A DNA stretch of 62,440 bases, the filler included, from Diploschistes diacapsis (taxonomy: Eukaryota): the NCBI GenBank assembly GCA_023645945.1. It is 8 parts of 8 records of this genome, joined end to end, with 100 filler letters (N's around TTAATTAATTAA, not from the genome) between each part and the next. Parts side by side here need not be neighbours in the genome. Positions count along the whole stretch, not along the records: positions 1 to 27,290 come from JALAIB010000163.1; positions 27,391 to 32,326 come from JALAIB010001630.1; positions 32,427 to 37,361 come from JALAIB010001631.1; 5 more parts are not named here. The stretch is one strand, 5' to 3'. A program made the translations under genes and the position numbers. This document shows, in pieces, positions 23,034 to 36,355 of the stretch. Under the pieces are notes generated by a model, which searched no databases, was not told where the DNA came from, and worked only from the letters and a program-made list of their open reading frames with translations. Each line of letters opens with the position of its first letter. The first letter of the stretch is position 1.

Positions 23034-26000
23034 GGTGAATGTTGAAAATTCGAATCTATAAATGTGCCTTGAGAAGATTGAGGAATGAAGGATAGGGATA
23101 GGCCTAGTTCAAACGGTAAGTAAAAGGGTGGGAAGGCGTAATGTACAGTAAGAAGCTCATAGAATATTTATAGAATCCACAAGTCTGTCAAGGCCAACGT
23201 GTATTAAAAAGGAGCCAAGCTGGTCAAACAATAAGACAAAGATGAACAAGGGACGCTTTGTCCCCGTGATAGAATAGAAGGGACAATAGGACATGCATAA
23301 GCAGAAATCGTCTAATCTACCAAATCGAACATCTTTGGGGTAACAATAGAACACTGAATCTTCTGAATTAACTTATCAACCTTACCTGCTATAAGTGAAA
23401 TGAACGACAAGAACTGGAAAACTGCTGCGCAGCAGCTAAGGCGTGACCTGACGCAAGAATGGGAAAACTTAACGAAGGGAAGATAAGCAGCTTGTAGACT
23501 GTCAAAGACGAAGATTGAAAGAAGCGAAAAGGAAAAAGGAACCTATGGCTTATTATAAGCAAAGTAACGATATGCGCCCTAGATGTCTAGAAATTGACAG
23601 TTCCACGCTATTGTCAGGAGAACAGCTCAGTGCAGACTGCGACACGCGACTCTACCTCTATTGGATGGCTCATGGCCAATAGGAACATATCGTCAGTGTC
23701 AAGTTTTTGAGGCTGCAGACGCGGTCCGAGTAAGTATTGTACGTCTTGCTGTGAGTCGACTTCTAGTTTCAGTGATTTTCGGTGTCTGAGGTCCAATCGA
23801 GAGGTTGACGACGTTTGAAGCTGCCACCACCCCCGGCGCTAAACTCATGTTTCAGCCACAGTCACGTGGCGTTTTCGCGCGTTTCGATCTTCTCGGTGGC
23901 TCAGCGGTTTTATCTCCAATGACTTTGACAGCATATGATTTACTCAGATTATAGCATTCTATTGTTTTCCATCCTGAACGAAGGGAGTTAGCTGCATGGA
24001 TATCCTGCAGGAAACGGAATAAAACACCATCATCGCCCAAACCATGTCCGGGTGGGACGAGACGTCAGTTTTGATGATCTACGAAGCTCAGGGTATGCTA
24101 GGTACCTTTTGAGACCAGGTTCGTGTGCCTCAACGATGCAATCGGTATGGAGGCTTGCTAATGGTTTACAATAGTTCTCATCCTCTCTTCGCTCATATTT
24201 GCTGGGCACTTCTTATTCTAACACAGACACACTCTAGCATGGTTTAGTTTCTTCTCGACTTCTTTATCTCGTCTAGCCCAGGTTATAGACTCGCGGAACC
24301 TGAAAGAATTGGTCTATTCATATTAGAGACTATGACACACTGATAGTATGTCAGGCCTATTTTCAAGCTACTAGACTGGACGCTGCTGGACATTAAGCGG
24401 CGCTTCAACTCCAATGGTCTTCTGTGCTCGTAGCTGGTCGACGAACATTCACCAGTGTGGTAACAGTTGCAGTATGGAGGATTGTTACTTCAATAAATAG
24501 TTCAGGCATTCTACACCGCTCCCAAATACCAGATTACCGGATAATGCAGATGATGAGTAGTGGGGAGGGGAAATATACAAGAGTCACATAAGTAGCTGGT
24601 GAGAACTATGGGAGGGAGAAAATCAATATCCTAGTATATTGAGACATACAGAGTAAGATTGGCATCGTATTTGACCTGGCCTGGTTCTCTATATCTAATT
24701 TACTGTACCGCCTCTGTTTCGTCCTTTACTTGATATATGATTCTTACTCCTGGCAGATTCTTGCCTTGGATAATCGTGTGTGTCATAAAGCTGAGCTATA
24801 TTACTTTTACTGTGATGGATGCCTCTCAAGTATGGCTCTTTGTGGCAGATATGAGCCCCAACCCGAGCTGATCGATCAATGTGAGTATGATGAACAAGTC
24901 ATGGCGATGAGATCGTCCAGAGAATCCTCCTTGGATGGCTCATTCGGGTGACTGTGTAATATCCATATAAACATCGGAAGTATATCCTCTTTCTTTTTTC
25001 CTTTACCAAGCTTGCTTTCCAAAGTGAGCAGCATCACATAGACGCATTTTTTCCAAGTATTATTCTTTCACAGGTCATATTCGGGATTTTATTGCACCTC
25101 CTCAACCAGGAATTCTTTCCGAGAGAGAACTCACTCTCAACAGCAGATTCTGGCCTGACATCCTCCTTGTCCTTATTCTTGGCGAAGGACATCTTTCTCA
25201 AGATGCTAGATACCAACAGTCAGACTACGAATGGCCGAAAGAAGATGTTAACCTGGTTTAGCAGTGTGATTTCGGTCCACCTGGAGAGGCGATGCATCTG
25301 CTCTTCCAGACAAATAATGCACGCATGGATGAACGGGCTGAAAACTCTCTACCTAATGAATTGAATCTCGTAATAATGACTAGGCACTACTTCCGGGAGA
25401 TTTCAGACGTGTAAAGGCACCGCAGCATAGCAAATCAGCGTCAGTGACTTTCCAATACTAATCGATTCAGCGATGTCCCTATGTGGATCTCCCACCATGT
25501 TCTTGCCCGGTCTAGCGAGAAACCGCCATACCGTCTCTGTCGCTAATACAAACAGGCATTGATAGCGATAGCTCACGGGCATGACCGAAGTGACGTTCAA
25601 GGCGCTATTAACCGAGATGGGCATCGTTGCAAGGCTCCACGCCAGGTTCACCAGCAGAAGACCAGCCCCAGCCTTTATATGAACTGTAAAACAGCTCGAG
25701 AAGTGTTTAGGCTCGCTGGGCAACCGAGAATCTACAAACTTCTTGAGGCTAATAAATATTCCACAATGGCACGTAATGCATCACCTGAGGAAGTGGGACA
25801 TCTAATGTAGAACTACTAACATTGTTAGCAGATAGGTTATTGTGTGGACTAGAAGTTTGCTTGCATTTTCAACTGAATTCGATGACTTTCTCTGCGGCAA
25901 CCCTTCTTTTCGCCTAGAGCGTATGATCACTGGCAGTAGGCACCTTGAGGGAGGCTTTGGCTCATTAGGTCAATCCAAGTATCGATAAAATCCATTTCTG

Positions 26001-27290
26001 CTATGCTATTGTGTGTCCATTCTGGTCATTCGAACCAAGCTCGCCATTACCAGTACGAGGTCTTGAGCTTCTTTGCCTACATGCTGCAAGCCTTGTGCGA
26101 GATGCGTTTTTTTGGGCTTGACCCAGAGGCAATATGCTACTACTCCTCTGCGCCTCCTACTCGTCCACTCACTTTACGCTTCGCGTAAGTTGCTAAGTTG
26201 GTAGATCCCCCATTCTAAATTCGTGAGACCAAAAGCTCTGTTTCTTTCAAGTCCATTCTGGACTCTTCTCACACGTTCCAACAAGGAGATATTAGCTAGA
26301 TAGCGGACAAGCCGCGCGTTTATTAGATTAAGCCATGGATACAAACCTACGTTCCTTTTCTGAATGATACGTGTCTCCCACTACCACCTCTCACATAATG
26401 AATAGCCCTGTAACTGAAGGTATCCGACAGCCTTACAAGTAAGTATGAGCTTTCGGGCGTGGTGACAGCTGGTTGCATTTCCTTATTAGGAAGGCGTGAC
26501 CCTAAAGAGGCAAACTCGCCTATATTGCCCTACTCTCATCGGGTATGTTCGGAAACTTTCCATTTCCGTAGATATCCACATATCCGCGTACATCTCATTG
26601 TTGCTTCTCCTATCACCCCAGTTTCTGGAATTGTATACTTTGTTTTGTTACGATGGGGTATACCTCTGTGTTTTGACAACTTTACGAAGGAGATCGAGCG
26701 CAATACAACTACCCAAATGCAAGTCTTGTGGATTTCATCAAATCAAATCTGCGCAGGATATCGAGCAAGGGATACCCTTGTATGGTCTGCGACCCAATGA
26801 ACATGGAGTCTGCTTCAAAGACCAACGACAGAAGAAATAGGTGAGACTGTTTTACTATGTCGCGATATTGCGTAAAGACGGCCTCTGCACAACTCGCCAC
26901 GAACAAATGTTCTCCATCTCTAACAATTCCCGATACTGTTCTTTACTAGACTACAAGAATTCATAGATTGGCACAATTTGTTCCATCATCACCTAAGATG
27001 ATACAATAGACTCTATAATCCCATTCATCCTCCATCCTTCTCCTCTGGTAATGGAGAGGATTCGGCATCCGCAGCTCTCCCCTCAGAGTCGCGCGTTCTC
27101 ATAATCATGGTAACTACTGTAGCTAAGCAAGTACGGCGCACTCGGCTGACCATGGCAGTAAAGACTGGTGGGACGATCTGCATGGTGTCTTCAGCCGCCG
27201 GCCTCGTTCCTGCCCCCAACTTCCTCACAACGCACCTTGTCCCCCGCCCATCCTTCAACGCAGTCGGCCAACCAACACCCTCCCCTCCTC

Positions 27291-27390
27291 NNNNNNNNNN
27301 NNNNNNNNNNNNNNNNNNNNNNNNNNNNNNNNNNTTAATTAATTAANNNNNNNNNNNNNNNNNNNNNNNNNNNNNNNNNNNNNNNNNNNN
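27291..27390. other. Artificial contig spacer
   Basis: 44N-TTAATTAATTAA-44N, giving stops in all six frames. Confidence 0.98.
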
Positions 27391-27577
27391 TCTATATTAA
27401 AAATCAAGGTAATCGAAAGATTTAACGTGGTTCAGCTGAACTTCGATATTGGCGAGGAAGAGAAAAAGGTTGTTTTTCGTTGGTTTATATAGATGATATC
27501 TAAATCTAATTATTTCTTATTTAGGCTTACCTTAAGCCAGCGTATTAAGATCCCGCGTTCTTTTAAAGTAGTATAAC

Positions 27578-28400
27578 TTCTATTTTTAAATCAGCCCACC
27601 CTAAAATCTTATGATTTAGATTTTAAGCTTTTGAATCTTTTCGATTTAATTTACGTTAAGTAACGTAATCGGTGCCCGCGTTCGTAATCGTAATAATTAC
27701 TGGGAAACGTAATTTTAATAAACGATTAAGCGTAATAAAGTAGGTGCTAATCCGAATTCATAACCTATTTAATAACGTAATAGATATATTGAAGTCTAAA
27801 AATCTTATTTAGGAGATTATTCTATTTTATAGACTTTTATCCTCGTAGGATACACTAAGTCTTATTACTTACACTATTCCTTATTCGGTCTAGTTGGAAT
27901 TCCAGGAAATTCAGCTAAAGTGAACCCCGGAGTTCAGCTGAACTGAATCTCCTTCTGGAACTCAGTTGTACTCTCAGTCATGCCTTCTGCCTGTCTGCTC
28001 AACATTTTCTATTTTTGAATCGGCCCACTCTAGGGTTTTATAATTCAGATCCTAGGCTTTCGGATCTCTTCGATTTAATTTACGTTAAATAACGTAATCG
28101 GTACCCGCGTTCGTGTCCGTACTAATTACCGGGAAACGTAATTTCAATAAACGATTAAACGTAATAAAGCAAGTATAAATCCGGGTTTATAACCTGTTTA
28201 ATAACGTAATAAAGATATTAAAGTCTAAAGATCTTATTTAAAAGGTTATTTTATTTTATAAACTTTTATCTTTACGAAATTCGTTAAGTTTTATTATTTA
28301 TATCACTTTTAAATCGATTTAATTAGAACTCCAATAAGTTTAATTATTAAATTTCGATAAATTCAGCTAAACTGAACTTCCCGGTTCAACTAAACTGAAA
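27578..28400. repeat. AT-rich tandem duplication (~430-bp period), RIP-like divergence
   Basis: ~27580-27950 aligns with ~28010-28390 (e.g. tacgttaagtaacgtaatcggtgcccgcgttcgt vs tacgttaaataacgtaatcggtacccgcgttcgt). Differences are mostly transitions. Confidence 0.85.
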
Positions 28401-29357
28401 ATTCCAACAGGTATTATATTTCTTTTGGCGTGCGGATGATTTTGTTGTGATTTAATTGCTTTATGTGTTCAAATTGTGTGATTAAATAAAAGTGCTTCTG
28501 CCAAGCCTTGGGGTTTATGGGATTCTCTCCGTTGCAAACCCGCATTGTGGTCCAAAGACAGTCAGAAAAATAATGAAAGGAACCGTATCGTGAAGAAAGA
28601 AACAAGAATATTAAAGCTAGTAGGGACATGGATAAGTACCTCACTTTGAATTGGGGGTATGTTATTGTTATATTATTGTTATAAGCATTATTAGATGCTT
28701 CGTAGAGCAGGTGCTTCGTCCTCGGCTTAGTAACGGCATGCCCTCGCTGTCCCGGCCTTCCGCGTTTCATATGCTTTTCAACCACTAGTACCCTCATTTC
28801 TTGGGCAAACTCCTCCTTTCCTCACCTCCCACACGACCTCTTTCATCCTCACCTGCTGCCCTATCAACTTTAGTGACTCGCATCGGGTTTCATAGCTTCG
28901 AACCCATTCTAACTAATTGGCATCGCCATCGTCAATCTCAGGGTTTGTCCCAGCATTTCTAGCCTTGACGTCTTCGCAGTCGGGGAGGTTGCCATCTCCC
29001 TGTACTGTCAAACCGCTTCTCCCAGAGCAACCGTTTGATTCGCTGCAGCTTATTTATCCACAAGCTCACGACTGTTGGAGCGCTCTTCACTTGGCTGTGG
29101 AGGAAGTGGATTTTCTTCTTCCCTTAGTCAGGTTGCTGTTCCCGCATCACGTCGAGAAGATTGTCTATTACGAACAGCATTCGATCAGATCGTCGTTCGC
29201 CTTGTCACCTTAGCTAACCGTCTCCGTACTGGTCTTTCATATAATATCGGAAGTCCGTAAGTTTCTCTAAATACCTTCAGTAGCTTTGCAAGCTAAAGCG
29301 CCCATCTAGTATCAACCCGCTCAGTCATCCTCAGTGTAGCGGGTAGCTTCTAGGACC

Positions 29358-31238
29358 ATGAGGGAAGTCAATTTCAGCATTCCCAATGTCAACAAGGCGT
29401 CCGTTGGTATTACAGCAGCCCTATACGATCGCAGAGCTCTCGATTGTACATCAACGCTGCCTCTCATCAATTCCCTTAACCATCTTGCCTACCTTACAAC
29501 TTCCTCCGCCCGCATTCGAGATATCCTCACCGTAGATGGTGGGGTCGAGCGGCTTGTCTGTATCCTCAAGGAGGGGCGCAGTAAGGAGATGATGGAAATG
29601 TGGAAATGGAACCTCGCTTTCCAATGTGTTGTAAACATAGGCGTCAGAGGTTCGGAAGCAGTGCGAACTAGGGTCGTGGAGGCTGATATGGTTCCGGTGA
29701 TTGCTACGATTCTGGACAATTTTGTCCGGGTCATGGAGAGGCAGCGAGAGGAGAAGGAAGTTGAGAGCCGCCGCACGAATCACCGTCAGAGCACCTCTCG
29801 ATCCATCACAAGACTACCCCGTGATGGGATCGGCCGTCAGAGTCAGCACGACAGGCACCACAATGCAACAGAAAGTCGGTCAATCAGACGCCAAGCTCCT
29901 CCCCCAGCAATTGATATTCCGCAGCCATATGTTATGCAGATGCAGCTTCAACAGCAGGTCAACGACTTATCAATGCAGATCACTCCTACCCCTCCACAAT
30001 TGGGCTTAGCATCACAGGAGCTAACACCGTCCCGTCAATATCACCATTCCAACCATCACCATCTGCACCAGCGGCAGGATAACAACCGGAGCCAGGACCT
30101 GAGAGCTTTACAAACCCGTCAAATTAACATACCAGCAGGCGCAGTACCTCCCATAGAATCCGCCGATAGTTCTGGCCTTCGACCTGTGCGTGACGTTGAC
30201 AGGCTTCCGTCTACAATTCCAGCTTTACAGAATGGTATCACCTCTCAGCCTGAATCTCCAACTACTCCAAGTGCGCTTCCATCACATCCGATGTTAGCCA
30301 CAATGGGAAACCGACAGAGGCCTTCGCTACGCCAACAGCTATCAAACTCAGGTGATTCAGATGATGGTGGAAACGAGATAACCCCAGCGCATTCGGCTGG
30401 AGAAGTTGTCACGCGAGAAGAACCAATGGTCGGGATACAGGCGAATGTTGAAATAGGTGGGGGAGATGACCGTGGCGCCATGATTGATGCAGTTACCAAT
30501 CCTATCGACCTCGCCCCTCCGAACGGCTCTGATGGGGCCGACATGGACACCTTCAACATTGCTCATAGGGTTGGCTTAGACGGTAGCATCATTACCACGA
30601 ATATTCCTCCAGTTGCGGATGTGAATAATACCCTAGGACTGCAACCACCACCGCCTCCATTACAACCGATCGGCGCGCCTGTACGAAATACACAAACAAA
30701 CCCTGGCCGCTTTGTCCTCGATCGGGCCGCACAAACCGGTGTCTTGGCTGCCAACCCTCGAGATGAAGATGTTCTAATGTCGTTGCAGCTTCTCGCTTAC
30801 GTTTCTAAATACTGCAACCTGAGGATGTATTTCCAGAAGTCTCACCTTGTCCCTAATCTCCGCGTCGACAGCCAATTGTGTCCACAAGACAACAGTTTGA
30901 TAAGTATAGACGATACGAGCATCGATACACATACTCAAGAGGAATATACCCTTCCGGATGACTACAACATCTTTCCACTAGTTGAAAAGTTCACAGTTCG
31001 GCACAATTCACAAGACATGCAGTATTGGGCTGGCGTGGTTATGAGGAACCTGTGCCGCAAAGATGACTTGCGTGGTGGCATTCGCCAGTGTGCTTATTAC
31101 CAGTGTGGTCGGTGGGAGAAGTACACAAGACAATTTGCTAAGTGCCGTCGCTGCCGCCGCACCAAATATTGCAGCAAAGAATGCCAAAAGAATGCCTGGG
31201 TTTACCACCGACACTGGTGCCAGGTCGCAACCTCATAA
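29358..31238 (+). CDS. samB: MYND-type zinc finger protein SamB/Mub1
   Basis: N-terminus MREVNFSIPNVNKASVGITAALYDRRALDCTSTLPLINSLNHLAYLT, DEDVLMSLQLLAYVSKY, and a C-terminal MYND finger CAYYQC..CRRCRRTKYCSKECQKNAWVYHRHWC. Confidence 0.95.
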   Translation: MREVNFSIPNVNKASVGITAALYDRRALDCTSTLPLINSLNHLAYLTTSSARIRDILTVDGGVERLVCILKEGRSKEMMEMWKWNLAFQCVVNIGVRGSEAVRTRVVEADMVPVIATILDNFVRVMERQREEKEVESRRTNHRQSTSRSITRLPRDGIGRQSQHDRHHNATESRSIRRQAPPPAIDIPQPYVMQMQLQQQVNDLSMQITPTPPQLGLASQELTPSRQYHHSNHHHLHQRQDNNRSQDLRALQTRQINIPAGAVPPIESADSSGLRPVRDVDRLPSTIPALQNGITSQPESPTTPSALPSHPMLATMGNRQRPSLRQQLSNSGDSDDGGNEITPAHSAGEVVTREEPMVGIQANVEIGGGDDRGAMIDAVTNPIDLAPPNGSDGADMDTFNIAHRVGLDGSIITTNIPPVADVNNTLGLQPPPPPLQPIGAPVRNTQTNPGRFVLDRAAQTGVLAANPRDEDVLMSLQLLAYVSKYCNLRMYFQKSHLVPNLRVDSQLCPQDNSLISIDDTSIDTHTQEEYTLPDDYNIFPLVEKFTVRHNSQDMQYWAGVVMRNLCRKDDLRGGIRQCAYYQCGRWEKYTRQFAKCRRCRRTKYCSKECQKNAWVYHRHWCQVATS

Positions 31239-32326
31239 TCGTCTTGCAACCCTGCGAACCTACTTTGTATTCTGTCTGTCCTTTGTTTATATCCGAGTCA
31301 CGACAGATATGATAACCGAACGATGTTATGAGTTCCTAGCAAAACTGGACGACCCACTGACGGCGGAAAATGTTTGTTCGGCACTCTTGTCGACAAAGCC
31401 TCTAATTTATATGTTTTAACAAATATTAGGCCACCTTATGGTTGAAGAATCCCACTGATGTTTCTTTGTGCAACAGCATACACGGCACAGATACCCGGAC
31501 CGCATTATCTTCCCTTTCGAGTCTACCATCAGCGACGCTCTGCTTTTGACCCCGATAGGTTCTGGCTCGGTACTTTCTACCGTGTGCCTTTAACTACTAT
31601 CTTTCTCTGCCTGGCAGCATCAACAACATAGCTGAGTAGAGTGATGAACCTAATACGTTCAGCGGGAGATGGTAGCTTAGCGAACTCGAGAATTTTTGCC
31701 CTTTCCATGGGGCTCATTTTACCTGTATAGCCAATCATCGCGATCTTACCCTTCTGATAGGGGGAAGTTATCGAACGTAAGAGAGCTCATGGTATCCTGA
31801 AAGGGGTGGAGAAAAACAACTTCACGAACTCACTTATTGAGTTTATCGAGCTTTTTTCCGTCTTCTCGCCGAGGGTGGATTGTCTCTAGATTAGCCACGT
31901 TATTCCGGTATAACGACCAGAGCCATGCGCTCCGAGAAGTGGATGAATTAATTGATGGTCGTTGAGGCGGCTGAATTGATTATAGTTGATGTTACTACAT
32001 TTGTCCCTTGTATCCAGCATTTTGCAATTGACTTGAACTGTGAGCATCTAGTTGATTTGAAGCATCCTTATCTATCAATTAGGCTGGCCGACACGGACAA
32101 GATAATGCCAATAACTTTTTTAACTTCTTTATATAAAAAGTGGCCGTGAAAGCGTCCATGTTCTAAATGTTTAATTTCAATATTAATGTTTGTAAATATA
32201 TTATAACATAATATTCATAAAAGTTATAATGTTTAAAATTTTTTGGCTGCGGCGTTATTATTACTAGAATGTTGACACGTGTACTGAAAATATCTATGTT
32301 AGGCTGGCCGTTTCGTGCCACGGTCA

Positions 32327-32426
32327 NNNNNNNNNNNNNNNNNNNNNNNNNNNNNNNNNNNNNNNNNNNNTTAATTAATTAANNNNNNNNNNNNNNNNNN
32401 NNNNNNNNNNNNNNNNNNNNNNNNNN
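32327..32426. other. Artificial contig spacer
   Basis: 44N-TTAATTAATTAA-44N. Confidence 0.98.
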
Positions 32427-33588
32427 GAAGTGGACAGAGATGAGATAGAGGAGATAGAGACAGAGAGATAGGGATAAAGAAAGAGATGGAGATGGAGATA
32501 GGGCGGGTGCTGTTTGGAAGTCGTTTGGGTAAGCGGATGAATTTTTGATGACCGAATACGATGAGAAGGTGGTTGGTTGGCAGTTGCAAGAGAGTATGAT
32601 CTTCAAGGACACTTCATTGGCCGGGCACGAAGGCCTGGGCTCCGTTGAGGACCGTCTTGCTTGTTAGTTCAGTCGATACTGGTACTCCTTCTATACTACT
32701 AATGCTGAATTACATACCAAACCTAGTTGAGGACCACTCCACCCTTAAGTACATGTTCTAGGACTTTGATCTGCGTCCCAGCTGCAGTATGCCTTCCCTC
32801 ACAGTTGCCAGTTTAGGCGGTCAAACGCCCTGGATAACCCAGAGCCTGTCGTCCTATCATTGTTACTTGTTAACGGCATGAAGGGCGAGGGAGAGGTATA
32901 AAAATCGATAGGCGACGGGTAACTTAAGGGCAAAGGGGGTTGATGATTACTAATGATATATTTCAAGAAATCCCCAGCCTTTTACAGATGCGGAAATTTA
33001 TCACGTGGAGGGGAAGGGAGTGTTGCAACGCTATCCACAGCATCGATTATTTGACTGACACCCTCGTTGGCATGAATGGCAAATTCATAACTCTAAAGTG
33101 TGTCTGCACAGTGCACAGGGGAATTGAGTTCAGAAGGTGCGTCTCTAGGCCTTCTCCCTCACAATACTTTTGTTCAAACCAATCAGAAAAGCTTATGCCA
33201 CGTTCTCATGGTTGCTGGTAACCTACATGCATGCAGTCTTTTCTTGGGTTAAAGAAAGCCCTCCAGATCCTTGCATAGCTCTGCTTAGGTATTCCTTTAG
33301 TTCCACATTCCACACTCATCCGCCCTTCCACCGCCATAACAATAGTAGGTAAAGCGATCTAGGCCAAGGGAAGGGCCAAGAACGAAAACTTGCCATTGAT
33401 AAGCTCCACAAGTGCCCCAGATAAGCCTGCATGCGCTGATTGAACAGATTCAGGCATGTTTCCATTCGTTTTTCATCTTCAGTTTCGCTGTTTCCTGCTC
33501 TTCGTTTCTCTGTCTCCATGCTGCTTTTTGCAACCATTTACGCCGTCTCTTTATTATCCGACATAGTCAGTCACAGTAGTATTGCGCC

Positions 33589-35819
33589 ATGTCGTATCCA
33601 TGGTAAGCTGTTCCATATCAATGTATGATGAGCGTTTCTGATCATTGGCAGGGTAGGGGCTCCGGTCCTGAACCACAACTATACGGATTCCTCCACTGGC
33701 GGAGATTCTGGTGAGGCCGAACTTTATTAAGCCCTCCCTCCGATGGTATCAATAATAGCTTGCACGCCAAATACTTCTTCCACCACTTTATGCCCACCCA
33801 AAAACTCGAAGGATGCCTCAGATCAGCCATGAAATCAAGCCAAAAGGTCCGGGGAGAGCTTCAGCCAACTCAGATCTATTGCATAGTTAATGTGAAGCAT
33901 TCTTTGAGCTCTTGTATGGGCAGAAAGTGGTGAAGGGGGTATTTGATGTGCAGGATATTGTTAATATCGCCTAACTCTCCACAAGAATTGTCTTTGGTAC
34001 TTTGCTACAGAGAATACCTACCTTGGGGGAAATGAGTGCAAATTTTGGTTAACGCCCTGTGGCAGCTCAAATAAACCTGAATCAATGGTTCAACCCTGGC
34101 GACCAAGCCTTCATCCTCGTCGCCTCGGCCATGGTGCTCCTTATGCCAGCGGGGCTTGGCTTTCTATACTCCGGACTTGCACGACGAAAATCAGCACTCA
34201 GCATGATATGGGCCTGCATGGCCTCCTTCACCATCATTACCTTTCAATGGTATTTCTGGGGCTACTCGCTTGCCTTTTCTGCCTCTGGCACGAGCGGGTT
34301 TATTGGGGACCTTTATCACTTCGGTCTGCAGAATACACTGGGATTGGCAAGTCCCGGATCTCCACTGATTCCGGAGCTGCTGTACAGCTTCTACCAGGTA
34401 CGTTTTAACAATCATGTTCAAGTATTCATTGGTTGCCGACACTATGTCTAGATGCAATTCTGTGCCACCACCGCCGCAATTGTCGTTGGCGCCATCGCCG
34501 AGCGTGGGCGTCTGCTGCCCATGATGGTCTTCATCTTCTTCTGGGCGACGCTCGTGTACTGTCCTATCGCGTGTTGGGCCTGGAATGTTAACGGATGGGC
34601 CTTCAAGTACGGCATCATGGATTACGCTGGGGGTGGCCCCGTCGAGATCGCCTCGGGAATGTCCGCTCTTGCATACTCGCTCATCTTGGGTAAGAGGCAG
34701 GAGAGGATGATGATAAACTTCCGGCCGCATAACGTCAGCTTGATTGTGTTGGGCACGGTGCTGCTGTGGTTCGGATGGCTGGGGTTTAATGGTGGAAGCA
34801 GCTTTGGCGCCAATCTCAGGGCGGTCATGGCGTGCTGGAACTCGTGCCTTACGGCGATGTTCGCGGCGTGGACGTGGACGGTATTGGACTTCAGGCTGGC
34901 GAGGAAGTGGTCTATGGTCGGTTGGTGTTCAGGCGCCATTTCCGGTCTCGTTGCGGCAACGCCTGCCTCGGGCTTTATAACGCCGTGGGGAAGCGTTGTT
35001 TTGGGGGTTGTAACGGGGGTGGTGTGCAACTATGCCACGAAGGGTAAGGTCGCTGCCTCTCTTATCTTAACTTTGTCCTTCGGGCTACATCCACTTTCCA
35101 CGGTAAAGCAGGGTTAACACCTCGCGTCCACAGTCAAGTTCTGGATCCGCATAGACGATGCCCTCGACGTTTTCGCCGAGCACGCTGTGGGTGGCATGCT
35201 GGGCCTGTTGTTCAACGCCCTCTTTGGCGCCGACTACATTATCGGCCTTGACGGCGTCAACACCGGCATCTTACCAGGCGGCTGGCTCAATCGCAACTAC
35301 GCGCAAATGTACATCCAAGTCGCCTACATCGTCGCCGTCACGGGCTACTCCTTTGTCATGTCCGCTCTGCTCGCCTTCATCATAAATCTTGTTCCTGGCC
35401 TATACTTGCGGGCCTCGGAAGAGGCGGAGCTATTGGGCATGGATGATGACCAATTAGGCGAGTTCGCATACGACTATGTCGAGGTCCGAAGGGATTACCT
35501 CGCCTGGACACCTGCCAGGGACTTCAGCGGCGATGGTGGGAAGGACGCGGAGGAAATACCCATGGAAGAACGGCATGGGATCAGTGACCATAAGGACCTC
35601 ATCCACGAGAAGAGTAGAACCAATGGATCGAGCGGAAGCGGTGATAACGGGTTTCATCTGTGGAGCAATGGAGAGGAGAAGAAGGAGAAGAAGAAGAAGA
35701 AGAGACACAGCCCGATTGTGGGGGACAGGCACGGGCAGGCGGCAGAGAAGGTGTTGCATCCGGAGGTCCATACAGATAGCGGAAGGAAAGGATGGGAGAG
35801 GAGTGGCTCCCATGATTAG
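33589..35819 (+). CDS. Ammonium transporter (Amt/Mep family, MeaA-like), 5 exons
   Basis: Inferred short 5' exons MSYPW|VGAPVLNHNYTDSSTGGDS|AQINLNQWF, then GFLYSGLARRKSALS, FYQ|MQF, DYAGGGPVEI, FRPHN, LWFGWLGFNGGS and IDDALDVFAEHAVGG. Introns ~33603-33651, 33711-34065, 34398-34451 and 35044-35132. Confidence 0.92.
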
Positions 35820-36355
35820 AGTCCAACGGATGTAAAGAAGGGGCGGGGTCATATGATGGGGAGATAGGCATGGGCAGGCAGCGGAAAGGGTGAAGCTCCC
35901 AGAGAACTACTCAGATGATACGAGGATGCGAGGAGCCAGAGGAGATCGGAAGAGATGGGGATTTGGGAAGGTGATTTACTTTGGGCCTTCGCGTTGCGAA
36001 ATTGGTTATAGGTTCGGATTTGGGAAATGGGCTGATGTCACGATTAAGATCTTGAGGGTAAATACTTGAAATATCGGGGCGGAAAAGACCAAGGTGGCTC
36101 TGTACGTTTAGTCTTCTAGTATGTACATCGTTCACAATCGGGTGAAAAAGATCATGGGCGATAATTGAAGGATACTCAATGCCAAGAACTCGAGACCATA
36201 CCTTGAGATTCATGCCTCCCCCCCCTATGGCTTTTATTCACAGCATAATTGGGATAGTGGCCAAAGACCGCTATGCAGCCAAATATGGATTAAGTCCGGT
36301 AAAATATCTCTAGCTGCATTTTTGAAGGCAGGGCTTTCGGTGCTCGTAGCTTCCA

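Noticed and set aside
27025..27290. ORF fragments on both strands at the end of contig 1
   Set aside because: Truncated by the spacer; strand and product cannot be determined.
27335..27346. TTAATTAATTAA recurring every ~5 kb as a biological repeat or array
   Set aside because: Always centred in 44N+44N; it is an assembly linker.
33620..33645. Box C/D snoRNA (ATGATGA..CTGA) in ammonium transporter intron 1
   Set aside because: The boxes are only ~6 nt apart and CTGAT is the likely branch site.
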